Counted from the stretch's first letter, positions 12,238 to 23,844 are shown. The stretch is DNA of 64,000 nucleotides from Anaeramoeba ignava BMAN (GCA_028826165.1 JAPDFW010000075.1:1-64000); one strand, 5' to 3'. Numbers and translations are program-made. Notes: generated from the sequence alone by a model not told the origin.

Positions 12238-13614
12238 ATGAAGAAATTTACAGGAGCAAGAGATACAGGAAATTTTCGACAAAACATACAATCAGGACAA
12301 AGAGTAGTGAAATCATCAATAACTTACCATGGATTATTCAATGAATATTATTTCTCAATAGGCGAACCAGAAAATGAAAAATTAATGACAACTCATGATA
12401 CAGTTGCAATTTCCAAAAATCCATTTACAGGCAACAAAGAATATTTCATATCGGTTGCAATGAAATCCAAATATGATGGAGAAGGAATCAAAAAAATTGG
12501 AAGACCTCCTTTGAATTGTGCTGTTGTTCTTGATATTTCGGGCTCAATGGGATCAGGTTTTAGAGGAAGATCAAATCAAGAAGAAGAAAAATTAAGCAAA
12601 CTTGAAGTGGCAAAAAGAACAATTCTTGGATTAACAGAGAATTTCCAGAAAGATGACAATTTTGGAGTAGTTATTTTTGACAACGACGCAGAGGTTCTTT
12701 TCCCATTCCAAAAATGGGGGCAAGTGGATCAAGAGCAATTAAAAAAATCAATTAATTCGTTAAAGCCACGTGGCGGAACAAATATGTCAGAAGGAATTAT
12801 AGAGGGGGCAAGAATGATCCAAAAATTTCTCAAGGAAAGTGGAACAGATCCGAATGAGATCAGTGATCGAGAAAACCGAATTCTTTTCCTAACCGATGCG
12901 CAACCGACAGCGGGAGAAACCAAATCAACAGGACTTTTTTCGTTGGCAAAGGAATATTCTGAACAGCGGATATATTGCACTTTTATTGGAGTTGGAGTTG
13001 ATTTCAATACCCAATTGCTTGAGGTTATCACAAAGACAAAAGGCGCGATGTACTTTTCTGTGCATTCTGCCTCGGAATTCAAGCGCAGAATGGAAACGGA
13101 GTTTGATTACATGATGATGCCTATTTGTTTTGATATAAAACTTCAAGTTGATGGATCCAAAATAAAAAGAGTCTATGGTTCTCCTGATTCGGAGGATAAG
13201 AAAGACACAACAATTGCTGATATTTCCACTGCAATGCCTTCACACATGAACGAACAAAACGAGACTCAAGGAGGAATCATTGTTTTGAAAATGGATCCCA
13301 CTGTTTCAGACGGTTTGCCTCTTAATTTGACACTTTCCTTTAATGATAAAAAGGGAAATCCTTTAAAAGAAGTTGACCAAGTTGTTTTCCCTTCTTTGAA
13401 TCAAGATCAAGATGAATTTTATCAAGATTCTTCAATCAGAAAAGCTATTTTGTTGATTCGTTATGTTAAGTTTATCAAAAATTTTGAAAGGAATGAAGAA
13501 AACAAACAAAAAGCAAACAAACTTATTCAACTTTTCAAATCAGAAATTCCCATTATTGGTGATAAAAAACTTCAAAGAGAAGTAGAAATTCTTGAAGAAA
13601 TTATCAAATTTTAA
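12238..13614 (+). CDS. von Willebrand factor A domain protein (possible extra 5' micro-exons from 11962)
   Basis: MIDAS motif VLDISGSM, plus GGTNMSEG, ILFLTDA and TFIGVGVDFN. Confidence 0.9.
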   Translation: MKKFTGARDTGNFRQNIQSGQRVVKSSITYHGLFNEYYFSIGEPENEKLMTTHDTVAISKNPFTGNKEYFISVAMKSKYDGEGIKKIGRPPLNCAVVLDISGSMGSGFRGRSNQEEEKLSKLEVAKRTILGLTENFQKDDNFGVVIFDNDAEVLFPFQKWGQVDQEQLKKSINSLKPRGGTNMSEGIIEGARMIQKFLKESGTDPNEISDRENRILFLTDAQPTAGETKSTGLFSLAKEYSEQRIYCTFIGVGVDFNTQLLEVITKTKGAMYFSVHSASEFKRRMETEFDYMMMPICFDIKLQVDGSKIKRVYGSPDSEDKKDTTIADISTAMPSHMNEQNETQGGIIVLKMDPTVSDGLPLNLTLSFNDKKGNPLKEVDQVVFPSLNQDQDEFYQDSSIRKAILLIRYVKFIKNFERNEENKQKANKLIQLFKSEIPIIGDKKLQREVEILEEIIKF

Positions 13615-13656
13615 TTTTTTCATTTTTTCATTTTTTTCATTTTTTTCTTTTCAAAA

Positions 13657-15426
13657 ATGAATGAAATTATATTTTTTGGTTTAAATCAATATCCAATTCT
13701 TTTAAAAAATGAACCAAATAAAATAACAAAACCAATTCAATTTAAATTTGAAAATGAAAATGAAAAACAAATTAAACAAATTTCATCAGGTTATTTTGGA
13801 ACAATTTTCCTTTTTGAAAATGGAAAAGCAATAGAATATTTAAGATATTCAAAATCAAAATCCTTCAAAAATCCAAATTAAAGAAAATATTCAAAAAGTA
13901 ACTGTTGGTGTTGGAAATGAAGTTATTTTAACAATAGAAGGAAATGTATTTGCCAAAGGAGAAGATATTAATCCAAATAATCCAAATGAATTTATCAATA
14001 TTTCATCATTAATTGAAGATAAAAATGATAGAGTAATTCAAGATATTGTTTCTGGATATGAAACAATTTATTTATTAACTTCAAATCAAAATGCTTATGG
14101 AATTGGTGATAATGAATATGGTCAACTTGGTTTTGATTCTGAAACACTTAAAAAAACAGAAAAACCAATTTTAATGATGAAAAATGTTTCTAAAATATTT
14201 TCAGGAATTAATTCAGATCATGTTTTTCTTTTAAATTCAAATCAAGAATTATTTGTGATGCGGAAATAACAATTATGGTCAACTTGGATTAGGAGAATCA
14301 ACAAGAGAAGAAATAACAATCAATAAATTAACCAAAATCCAAAATATTCCAAAAGGTAAAATAATTGATATTCAATCCAGTTATTATCATTCAATAATGT
14401 TGATTAAAGATGAAAATCAAAATCGAAAATCCAAAAAGAAAACTTTATTCATGTGGAAATTCTGTATTTAATGGACTTGACAAAGATGGGCATACTTATG
14501 AATTTACTGAAATCAAATCATCTTTATTTGAAAATGATGATAATATTATTGATTTTTCTGTTGGAAATAATCATACTTTGATTTTAACTTCCAATTCAAA
14601 ACTATTTTCATTTGGATATAATTTATTTGGTCAATTAGGAACTGGAAATACAAAAGAATATCAATCAATTCCAATTCAAATTGAAATTCCTGAATTAAGA
14701 TTTAATGAAGATATTTCTAATTATCATATTTCTTGTGGACATGATAAATCCTTTCTTTATTCTCCTTCTTTTTCCAATCTTGAAGAAGATTTGATAAAAT
14801 TATTTGGAAGAAAAGAATTTTGTGATATTTCATTTAAAACCAAAAATGGAGAAATAATTGAAGCTCATAAATTAATATTGAAATATAGATTAAATCAAAA
14901 TCAAAATCAAATTGAAAAACTTCAAGAAATTATTTCAAAAAAATCAATTAAAGAATCAAATCAAATATTTGAAATGATTTATTCAAACAATTCCATAATA
15001 AATCCAAAGTTATATTCTGAAATTAAAGAAATTATAAATTTAAATGAAAAAATTGAAGAAACAATTAAAAGAATTTATTTAAATGAAAATGAAAATGAAA
15101 ATGAAAAAGATTTTATAATTGAAAGAAAAGAAAAACAATATAAATTTCCCAAACTAATATTAATAATGAGAAGTGAATTATATCGAGGAATGTTTTTATC
15201 TGTAACAGAAGATAAATCAAATAAAGTTACAGATTATAGTGAATTAAGTAATAAATCATTTCAAATATTTGAATATTGGATTTATTCAAATCAAATTAAA
15301 GATGAAATTGAAATTACTCAAGAAATAATTGATGAAATTCAAATTGGAATTGATTATTTTCAATTAAATCAAACAAATCCAAATTTATTTGATTTATTAA
15401 TTAATAAATTTAATAATCAAAATTAA
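13657..15426 (+). CDS. RCC1-BTB protein, copy 4 (frameshifts near 13855, 14256 and 14420)
   Basis: Nucleotide sequence is colinear with copies 7 and 8 throughout; ORFs 13657-13881 and 14410-15426. Confidence 0.85.
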
Positions 15427-15636
15427 AATTAAAATTAAATCAAAATTAAAAATTAAAATTAAAATTAATAATTAAAATTAAAATTAAAATTAAAATTAAA
15501 ATCAAAATTAAAATTAAAATTAAAATTAAAATTAAAATCAAAATCAAATTTAAAATTAAAATTAAAATTAAAATTAAAATTAAAATTAAAATCCAGAATT
15601 TATTTTTTCATTTTTTTCTTTTTTTTCTTTTCAAAA

Positions 15637-17394
15637 ATGAATGATTGTTTATTTTTTGGTGACAATCAATATCCAAAACTTATCAAAAATAAACCAGATA
15701 AAATAAAAAAACCAATTCAATTTAAATTTGAAAATGAAAATGAAAATGAAAATGAAAAACAAATTAAGCAAATTTCATCAGGACCTTTTGCAACAATTTT
15801 CCTTTTTAAAAATGGAAAAGCAATAGAATATTTAAGAGATTCAAATCAAAATCCTAAAAAAATTCAAATTGAAAATATTCAAAAAGTAACTGCTGGCCAT
15901 GAAAATGAAGCTATTTTAACAATAGAAGGAAATGTATTTGCCAAAGGAAAAGATATTTATTACAAAAATCCAAAAGAATTTATCAATATTTCATCATTAA
16001 TTGAAGATAAAAATGATAGAATAATTCAGGATGTTATTTCTGGAGATAGTTCAATTTATTTATTAACTTCAAATCAAAATGTTTACGGAATTGGTGATAA
16101 TTATTGGGGTCAACTTGGTTTTGATTCTGAAACACTTCAAAAAACAGAAAAACCAATTTTGATGATGAAAAATATTTCTAAAATATTTTCAGGAAATACA
16201 TCAGATTGCATTTTTCTTTTAAATTCAAATCAAGAATTATTTGGATGCGGATATAATTATCATGGTCAACTTGGATTAAAAGAAGCAATACTACAGGCAA
16301 AAGTCTATAAATTAACTAAATTCCAAAATATTCCAAAAGGTAAAATAATTGATATTAAAGGTGGATTTAATCATTCAATAATGTTGATTGAAAATGAAAA
16401 TGAAAATGAAAATGAAAATCCAAAAAGAAAACTTTATTCAACTGGAGATTATAAATCTAATGGACTTGGCAAGGCTCAAGATACAAAAATATTTACTGAA
16501 ATCAAATCATCTTTATTTGAAAATGATGATGATATTCTTAAAATTTCTTGTGGACAATATCATAATTTGATTTTAACTTCCAAATCAAAATTGATAGTAT
16601 TTGGAAATAATGATTCAGGTCAATTAGGAACTGGAAATACAAATAATCAAGCAATTCCAATCCAAATTGAACTTCCTAAATTAAGATTTAATGAAGATAT
16701 TTCTAATTATCATATTTCTTGTGGTGCTTATAGATCATTTCTTTATTATTCTCCTCTTTCTTTTTCCAATCTTGAAGAAGATTTGATAAAATTATTTAGA
16801 AGAAAAGAATTTTGTGATATTTCATTTAAAACCGAAAATGGAGAAATAATTGAAGCTCATAAATTAATATTGAAATATAGATTAAATCAAAATCAAGAAA
16901 ATCAAATTGAAAAACTTCAAGAAATTATTTCAAATAAATCAATTAAAGAATCAAATCAAATATTTGAAATGATTTATTCAAATAATTCCATAATAAATCC
17001 AAAGTTATATTCTGAAATTAAAGAAATTATAAATTCAAATGAAAAAATAGAAGAAACAATGAAAAGAATTTATTTAAATGAAAATGAAAATGAAAAAGAT
17101 TTTATAATTGAAAGAAAAGAAAAACAATATAAATTTCCTAAATTGATATTAATAATGAGAAGTGAATTATATCGAGGAATGTTTTTATCTGTAACAGAAG
17201 ATAAATCAAATAAAGTTACAGATTATAGTGAATTAAGTAATAAATCATTTCAAATATTTAGAATATTGGATTTATTCAAATCAAATTAAAGATGAAATTG
17301 AAATTACACAAGAAATAATTGAAGAAATTCAAATTGGAATTGATTATTTTCAATTAAATCAAATTTATTTGATTTATTAATTAACAAAATTTAA
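15637..17394 (+). CDS. RCC1-BTB protein, copy 5 (3' frameshift near 17260 and a short deletion before the stop)
   Basis: ORF 15637-17289, with out-of-frame continuation matching the paralogue C-termini. Confidence 0.88.
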
Positions 17395-17409
17395 AATCAA
17401 ATTCAAAAA

Positions 17410-18100
17410 AAATCAAAATTAAAATTAAAATTAAAAATTAAAATTAAAATTAAAATTAAATTTAATATTAAAATTAAAAATTAAAATCAAAATTAAAATT
17501 TAAAAAAATTAAATTAAAATTAAAATTAAAATTAAAATTAAAATTTAAAATTAAAATTAAAATTAAAATTAAAATTAAAATTAAAATTAAAATTAAAATT
17601 AAAATCAAAATTAAAATTAAAATTAAAAATTAAAATTAAAATTAAAATTAAAATTTAAAATTAAAATTAAAATTAAAATTAAAATTAAAAATTGTAAATT
17701 AAAATTAAAATTAAAATTAAATTAAAATTAAAATTAAAATTAAAATTAATTTAAAATTAAAATTAAAATTAAATTTTCAAAATTTTAAAATTAAAATTAA
17801 AATTAAAAAAAATTTAAATTAAAATTAAATTAAAATTAAAATTAAATTTAAAATTAAAATTAAAATTAAAATTAAAATTAAAATTAAAATTAAAATTAAA
17901 ATTAAAATTAAAATTAAAATTAAAATTAAAATTAAAATTAAAATTAAAATTAAAATTAAAATTAAAATCAAAATTAAAATTAAATCAAAATCAAATTAAA
18001 ATTAAAAATTAAAATTAAAATTAAAATCAAAATTTAATTAAATTAAAATTTATAATTAAAATTAAAATTAAAATTAAAAATTAAAATTAAAATTAAAATT
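17410..18100. repeat. Expanded (AAAATT)n tract, ~0.7 kb
   Basis: Directly visible. Confidence 0.95.
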
Positions 18101-18104
18101 TAAT

Positions 18105-19892
18105 AAATTACTTTCATTTATTTTTTGGAAGAAATAAATATCCAATTCTTATCAAAAATAAACCAAAAAAAATAACAAAACCAATTCAATTTAAATTTGA
18201 AAATGAAAATGAAAATGAAAATGAAAAACAAATTAAACAAATTGCAACAAGTTATTTTTCAATAATTTTCCTTTTTAAAAATGGAAAAGCAATAGAATAT
18301 TTAAGATATTCAAATCAAAATCCTCAAAAAATTCAAATTGAAGAAAATATTCAAAAAGTAACTGTTGGTTTTCAAAATGAAGCTATTTTAACAACAGAAG
18401 GAAATGTATTTGCAAAAGGAAGAACTATTAATACAGAAAATCCAAAAGAATTTATCAATATTTCATCATTAATTGAAGATACAAATGATAGAATAATTCA
18501 AGATGTTGTTTCTGGATATAATTCAATTTATTTATTAACTTCAAATCAAAATGTTTATGGAATTGGTGATAATGAATATGGTCAACTTGGTTTTGATTCT
18601 GAAACACTTAAAAAACAGAAAAACCAATTTTAATGATGAAAAATGTTTCTAAAATATTTTCAGGAATTAATTCAGATCATGTTTTTCTTTTAAATTCAAA
18701 TCAAGAATTATTTGGATGCGGATATAATCGATTTGGTCAACTTGGATTAGGAGAATCAAGAAAAGAAGAAACAAAAATCCAAAAATTAACTAAAATACAA
18801 AATATTCCAAAAGGCAAAATAATTGATATTCAATGTGGATTTTCTCATTCAATAATGTCGATTGAAAATGAAAATGAAAATGAAAATCCAAAAAGAAAAC
18901 TTTATTCATGTGGAAATTCTGTATTTAATGGACTTGACAAAGATGGGCATATTTATGAATTTACTGAAATCAAATCACCTTTATTTGAAAATGATAATAT
19001 TCTTGATTTTTCTGTTGGAGATGCTCATACTTTGATTTTAACTTCCAATTCAAAACTATTTTCATTTGGATATAATTTATATGGACAATTAGGAACTGGA
19101 AATACAAAAGAATATCAATCAATTCCAATTCAAATTGAAATTCCTAAATTAAGATTTAATGAAGATATTTCTAATTATCATGTTTCTTGTGGACATGATA
19201 AATCCTTTCTTTATTCTCCTTCTTTTTCTAATCTTGAAGAAGATTTGATAAAACTATTTAAAAGAAAAGAATTTTGTGATATTTCATTTAAAACCGAAAA
19301 TGGAGAAATAATTGAAGCTCATAAATTAATATTGAAATATAGATTAAATCAAAATCAAAATGAAAATCAAATTGAAAAACTTAAAGAAATTATTTCAAAA
19401 AAATCAATTAAAGAATCAAATCAAATATTTGAAATGATTTATTCAAATAATTCCAAAATAAATCCAATATTATATTCTGAAATTAAAGAAATTATAAATT
19501 CAAATGAAAAAATAGAAGAAACAATGAAAAGAATTTATTTAAATGAAAATGAAAATGAAAATGAAAATGAAAAAGATTTTATAATTGAAAGAAAAGAAAA
19601 ACAATATAAATTTCCTAAATTAATATTAATAATGAGAAGTGAATTATATCGAGGAATGTTTTTATCTGTAACAGAAGATAAATCAAATAAAGTTACAGAT
19701 TATAGTGAATTAAGTAATAAATCATTTCAAATATTAGAATATTGGATTTATTCAAATCAAATTAAAAATGAAATTGAAATTACACAAGAAATAATTGATG
19801 AAATTAAAATTGGAATTGATTATTTTCAATTAAATCAAACAAATCCAAATTTATTTGATTTATTAATTAACAAATTTAATAATCAAAATTAA
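18105..19892 (+). CDS. RCC1-BTB protein, copy 6 (no ATG at the expected place; frameshift near 18615; possible pseudogene)
   Basis: LFFGRNKYPILIK at ~18118 matches the paralogue N-termini. ORF 18633-19892. Confidence 0.8.
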
Positions 19893-20099
19893 AATTAAAA
19901 TTAAAATCAAAATTAAAATTAAAATTAAAATTAAAATCAAAATTAAAATTAAAATTAAAATTAAAATTAAAATTAAAATTAAAATTAAAATTAAAATTTA
20001 AAATTAAAATTAAAATTTAAATTTAAAATTAAAATTAAAATCAAAATTAAAATTAAAATTAAAATTAAAATCATTTTTTCATTTTTTTTCTTTTTAAAA

Positions 20100-21878
20100 A
20101 TGAATGAAATTATATTTTTTGGTTTAAATAATTATCCAAAACTTATCAAAAATGAACCAGAAAAAATAACAAAACCAATTCAATTTAAATTTGAAAATGA
20201 AAATGAAAATGAAAATGAAAATGAAAATGAAAATGAAAAACAAATTAAACAAATTTCATCAAGTTTTTTATCAACAATTTTCCTTTTTAAAAATGGAAAA
20301 GCAATAGAATATTTAAGATATTCAAATCAAAATCCTCAAAAAATTCAAATTGAAAATATTCAAAAAGTAACTGTTGGTGTTCATAACGAAGCTATTTTAA
20401 CAAAAGAAGGAAATGTATTTGCAAAAGGAAGAAATATTAATACAGAAAATCCAAAAGAATTTATCAATATTTCATCATTAATTGAAGATAAAAATGATAG
20501 AATAATTCAAGATATTGTTTCTGGATCTAGTTCAATTTATTTATTAACTTCAAATCAAAATGCTTATGGAATTGGTGATAATGAATATGGTCAACTTGGT
20601 TTTGATTCTAAAACACTTAAAAAAACAGAAAAACCAATTTTAATTATGAAAAATGTTTCTAAAATATCTTCAGGAATTAATTCAGATCATGTTTTTCTTT
20701 TAAATTCAAATCAAGAATTATTTGGATGCGGATATAATTTTTACGGACAGCTTGAATTAGGAGAATCAAGAAAAGAAACAAAAATCCAAAAATTAACTAA
20801 AATCCAAAATATTCCAAAAGGTAAAATAATTGATATTCAATCCAGTTATTATCATTCAATAATGTTGATTGAAAATGAAAATGAAAATGAAAATCCAAAA
20901 AGAAAACTTTATTCATGTGGAAATTCTGTATTTAATGGACTTGACAAAGATGGGCATATTTATGAATTTACTGAAATCAAATCACCTTTATTTGAAAATG
21001 ATGATAATATTCTTGATTTTTCTGTTGGAGATGCTCATACTTTGATTTTAACTTCTAATTCAAAACTATTTTCATTTGGATATAATTTATATGGTCAATT
21101 AGGAACTGGAAATAAAAAAGAATATCAATCAATTCCAATTCAAATTGAACTTCCTGAATTAAGATTTAATGAAGATATTTCTAATTATCATGTTTCTTGT
21201 GGACATGATAAATCCTTTCTTTATTCTCCTTCTTTTTCTAATCTTGAAGAAGATTTGATAAAATTATTTGAAAGAAAAGAATTTTGTGATATTTCATTTA
21301 AAACCGAAAATGGAGAAATAATTGAAGCTCATAAATTAATATTGAAATATAGATTAAATCAAAATCAAAATCAAATTGAAAAACTTAAAGAAATTATTTC
21401 AAAAAAATCAATTAAAGAATCTAATCAAATATTTGAAATGATTTATTCAAACAATTCCATAATAAATCCAAAGTTATATTTTGAAATTAAAGAAATTATA
21501 AATTCAAATGAAAAAATTGAAGAAACAATTAAAAGAATTTATTTAAATGAAAATGAAAAAGATTTTATAATTGAAAGAAAAGAAAAACAATATAAATTTC
21601 CCAAATTAATATTAATAATGAGAAGTGAATTATATCGAGGAATGTTTTTATCTGTAACAGAAGATAAATCTAATAAAGTTACAGATTATAGTGAATTAAG
21701 TAATAAATCATTTCAAATATTAGAATATTGGATTTATTCAAATCAAATTAAAGAAGAAATTGAAATTACACAAGAAATAATTGAAGAAATTCAAATTGGA
21801 ATTGATTATTTTCAATTAAATCAAACAAATCCAAATTTATTTGATTTATTAATTAACAAATTTAATAATCAAAATTAA
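20100..21878 (+). CDS. RCC1-BTB protein, copy 7 (intact, 592 aa)
   Basis: Single uninterrupted ORF with RCC1 repeats and two BTB-like segments. Confidence 0.93.
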   Translation: MNEIIFFGLNNYPKLIKNEPEKITKPIQFKFENENENENENENENEKQIKQISSSFLSTIFLFKNGKAIEYLRYSNQNPQKIQIENIQKVTVGVHNEAILTKEGNVFAKGRNINTENPKEFINISSLIEDKNDRIIQDIVSGSSSIYLLTSNQNAYGIGDNEYGQLGFDSKTLKKTEKPILIMKNVSKISSGINSDHVFLLNSNQELFGCGYNFYGQLELGESRKETKIQKLTKIQNIPKGKIIDIQSSYYHSIMLIENENENENPKRKLYSCGNSVFNGLDKDGHIYEFTEIKSPLFENDDNILDFSVGDAHTLILTSNSKLFSFGYNLYGQLGTGNKKEYQSIPIQIELPELRFNEDISNYHVSCGHDKSFLYSPSFSNLEEDLIKLFERKEFCDISFKTENGEIIEAHKLILKYRLNQNQNQIEKLKEIISKKSIKESNQIFEMIYSNNSIINPKLYFEIKEIINSNEKIEETIKRIYLNENEKDFIIERKEKQYKFPKLILIMRSELYRGMFLSVTEDKSNKVTDYSELSNKSFQILEYWIYSNQIKEEIEITQEIIEEIQIGIDYFQLNQTNPNLFDLLINKFNNQN

Positions 21879-21974
21879 AATTAAAATTAAAATCAAAATT
21901 AAAAATTAAAATCAAAATAAAAATTAAAATTAATAATTAAAAATTCCAAAAATTCATTTTTTTTCTTTTTAAAA

Positions 21975-23765
21975 ATGAATGAAATTATATTTTTTGGTTC
22001 AAATCTAAAACCAAAACTTATCAAAAATAAACCAGAAAAAATAACAAAACCAATTCAATTTCAATTTGAAAATGAAAATGAAAATGAAAATGAAAATGAA
22101 AATGAAAAACAAATTAAACAAATTTTTTCAAGTTATTTTGGAACAATTTTCCTTTTTAAAAATGGAAAAGCAATAGAATATTTAGACGAAGAAGATTCAA
22201 AACAAAATCTTCAAAAAATCCAAATTAAAGAAAATATTCAAAAAGTAACTGTTGGTCTTGGAAATGAAGCTATTTTAACAAAAGAAGGAAATGTATTTGC
22301 CAAAGGAATATATATCAATCCAAAAAATTCAGATGGATTTATCAATATTTCATCATTAATTGAAGATACAAATGATAGAATAATTGAAGATATTGTTTCT
22401 GGATGGGATTCAATTTACTTATTAACTTCAAATCGAAATGCTTATGGAATTGGATTAAATTATTTTGGTCAACTTGGTTTTGATTCTGAAACACTTAATA
22501 AAACAAAAAAACGAATTTTAATGATGAAAAATGTTTCTAAAATATTTTCAGGAAATTCTTCAAAATCTGTTTTTCTTTTAAATTCAAATCAAGAATTATT
22601 TGTATCTGGCGATAATTATCATGGTCAACTTGGATTAGGAGAATCAAGAAGAAAAGAAACAAAAATCCAAAAATTAACCAAAATTCAAAATATTCCAAAA
22701 GGTAAAATAATTGATATTAAATGTGGATATAAACATTCAATAATGTTGATTGAAGATGAAAATGAAAATCAAAATCCAAAAAGAAAACTTTATTCATGTG
22801 GAAAGTACAAATTTAATGGACTTGGCAAAGATGGAGATATTTATGAATTTACTGAAATCAAATCATCTTTATTTGAAAATAATGATATTCTTGATTTTTC
22901 TGTTGGACATTACCATACTTTGATTTTAACTTCCAATTCAAAACTATTTTCATTTGGAGGTAATTATTATGGTCAATTAGGAAATGGAGATACAAATAAT
23001 CAATCAATTCCAATTCAAATTGAACTTCCTAAATTAAGATTTAATGAAAATATTTCCAATTATCATATTTCTTGTGGAGAATTCAATTCATTTCTTTATT
23101 ATTCTCCTTCTTTTTCTAATCTTGAAGAAGATTTGATAAAACTATTTAGAAGAAAAGAATTTTGTGATATTTCATTTAAAACCGAAAATGGAGAAATAAT
23201 TGAAGCTCATAAATTAATATTGAAATATAGATTAAATCAAAATCAAAATCAAAATCAAATTGAAAAACTTCAAGAAATTATTTCAAAAAAATCAATTAAA
23301 GAATCTAATCAAATATTTGAAATGATTTATTCAAACAAAATAATAAATCCAAAATTATATTCTGAAATTAAAGAAATTATAAATTTAAATGAAAAAATTG
23401 AAGAAACAATTAAAAGAATTTATTTAAATGAAAATGAAAATGAAAAAGATTTTATAATTGAAAGAAAAGAAAAACAATATAAATTTCCCAAATTAATATT
23501 AATAATGAGAAGTGAATTATATCGAGGAATGTTTTTATCTGTAACAGAAGATAAATCAAATAAAGTTAAAGATTATAGTGAATTAAGTAATAAATCATTT
23601 CAAATATTTGAATATTGGATTTATTCAAATCAAATTAAAAATGAAATTGAAATTACACAAGAAATAATTGAAGAAATTAAAATTGGAATTGATTATTTTC
23701 AATTAAATGAAACAAATCCAAATTTATTTGATTTATTAATTAATAAATTTAATAATCAAAATTAA
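21975..23765 (+). CDS. RCC1-BTB protein, copy 8 (intact, 596 aa)
   Basis: Single uninterrupted ORF with RCC1 repeats and two BTB-like segments. Confidence 0.93.
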   Translation: MNEIIFFGSNLKPKLIKNKPEKITKPIQFQFENENENENENENEKQIKQIFSSYFGTIFLFKNGKAIEYLDEEDSKQNLQKIQIKENIQKVTVGLGNEAILTKEGNVFAKGIYINPKNSDGFINISSLIEDTNDRIIEDIVSGWDSIYLLTSNRNAYGIGLNYFGQLGFDSETLNKTKKRILMMKNVSKIFSGNSSKSVFLLNSNQELFVSGDNYHGQLGLGESRRKETKIQKLTKIQNIPKGKIIDIKCGYKHSIMLIEDENENQNPKRKLYSCGKYKFNGLGKDGDIYEFTEIKSSLFENNDILDFSVGHYHTLILTSNSKLFSFGGNYYGQLGNGDTNNQSIPIQIELPKLRFNENISNYHISCGEFNSFLYYSPSFSNLEEDLIKLFRRKEFCDISFKTENGEIIEAHKLILKYRLNQNQNQNQIEKLQEIISKKSIKESNQIFEMIYSNKIINPKLYSEIKEIINLNEKIEETIKRIYLNENENEKDFIIERKEKQYKFPKLILIMRSELYRGMFLSVTEDKSNKVKDYSELSNKSFQIFEYWIYSNQIKNEIEITQEIIEEIKIGIDYFQLNETNPNLFDLLINKFNNQN

Positions 23766-23844
23766 AATTAAAATTAAAATTCAAAATCAGAAAATTTTTT
23801 TGGTTGATTTTTATTTTCTGAAAATAATTTTGAGATTAAATTGA

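Noticed and set aside
12729-13146. Short overlapping ORFs inside the vWA, kinase and Ulp1-like genes
   Set aside because: Alternative-frame ORFs expected in locally higher-GC coding DNA; no recognisable motifs.
12238-13614. Intein/Hint domain in the vWA or other proteins
   Set aside because: No C-start/HN-end Hint motifs or unexplained insertion was recognised.
1-23765. Diversity-generating retroelement as the source of hypervariability
   Set aside because: No reverse transcriptase or template repeat in the window, and variation is not visibly restricted to adenines.
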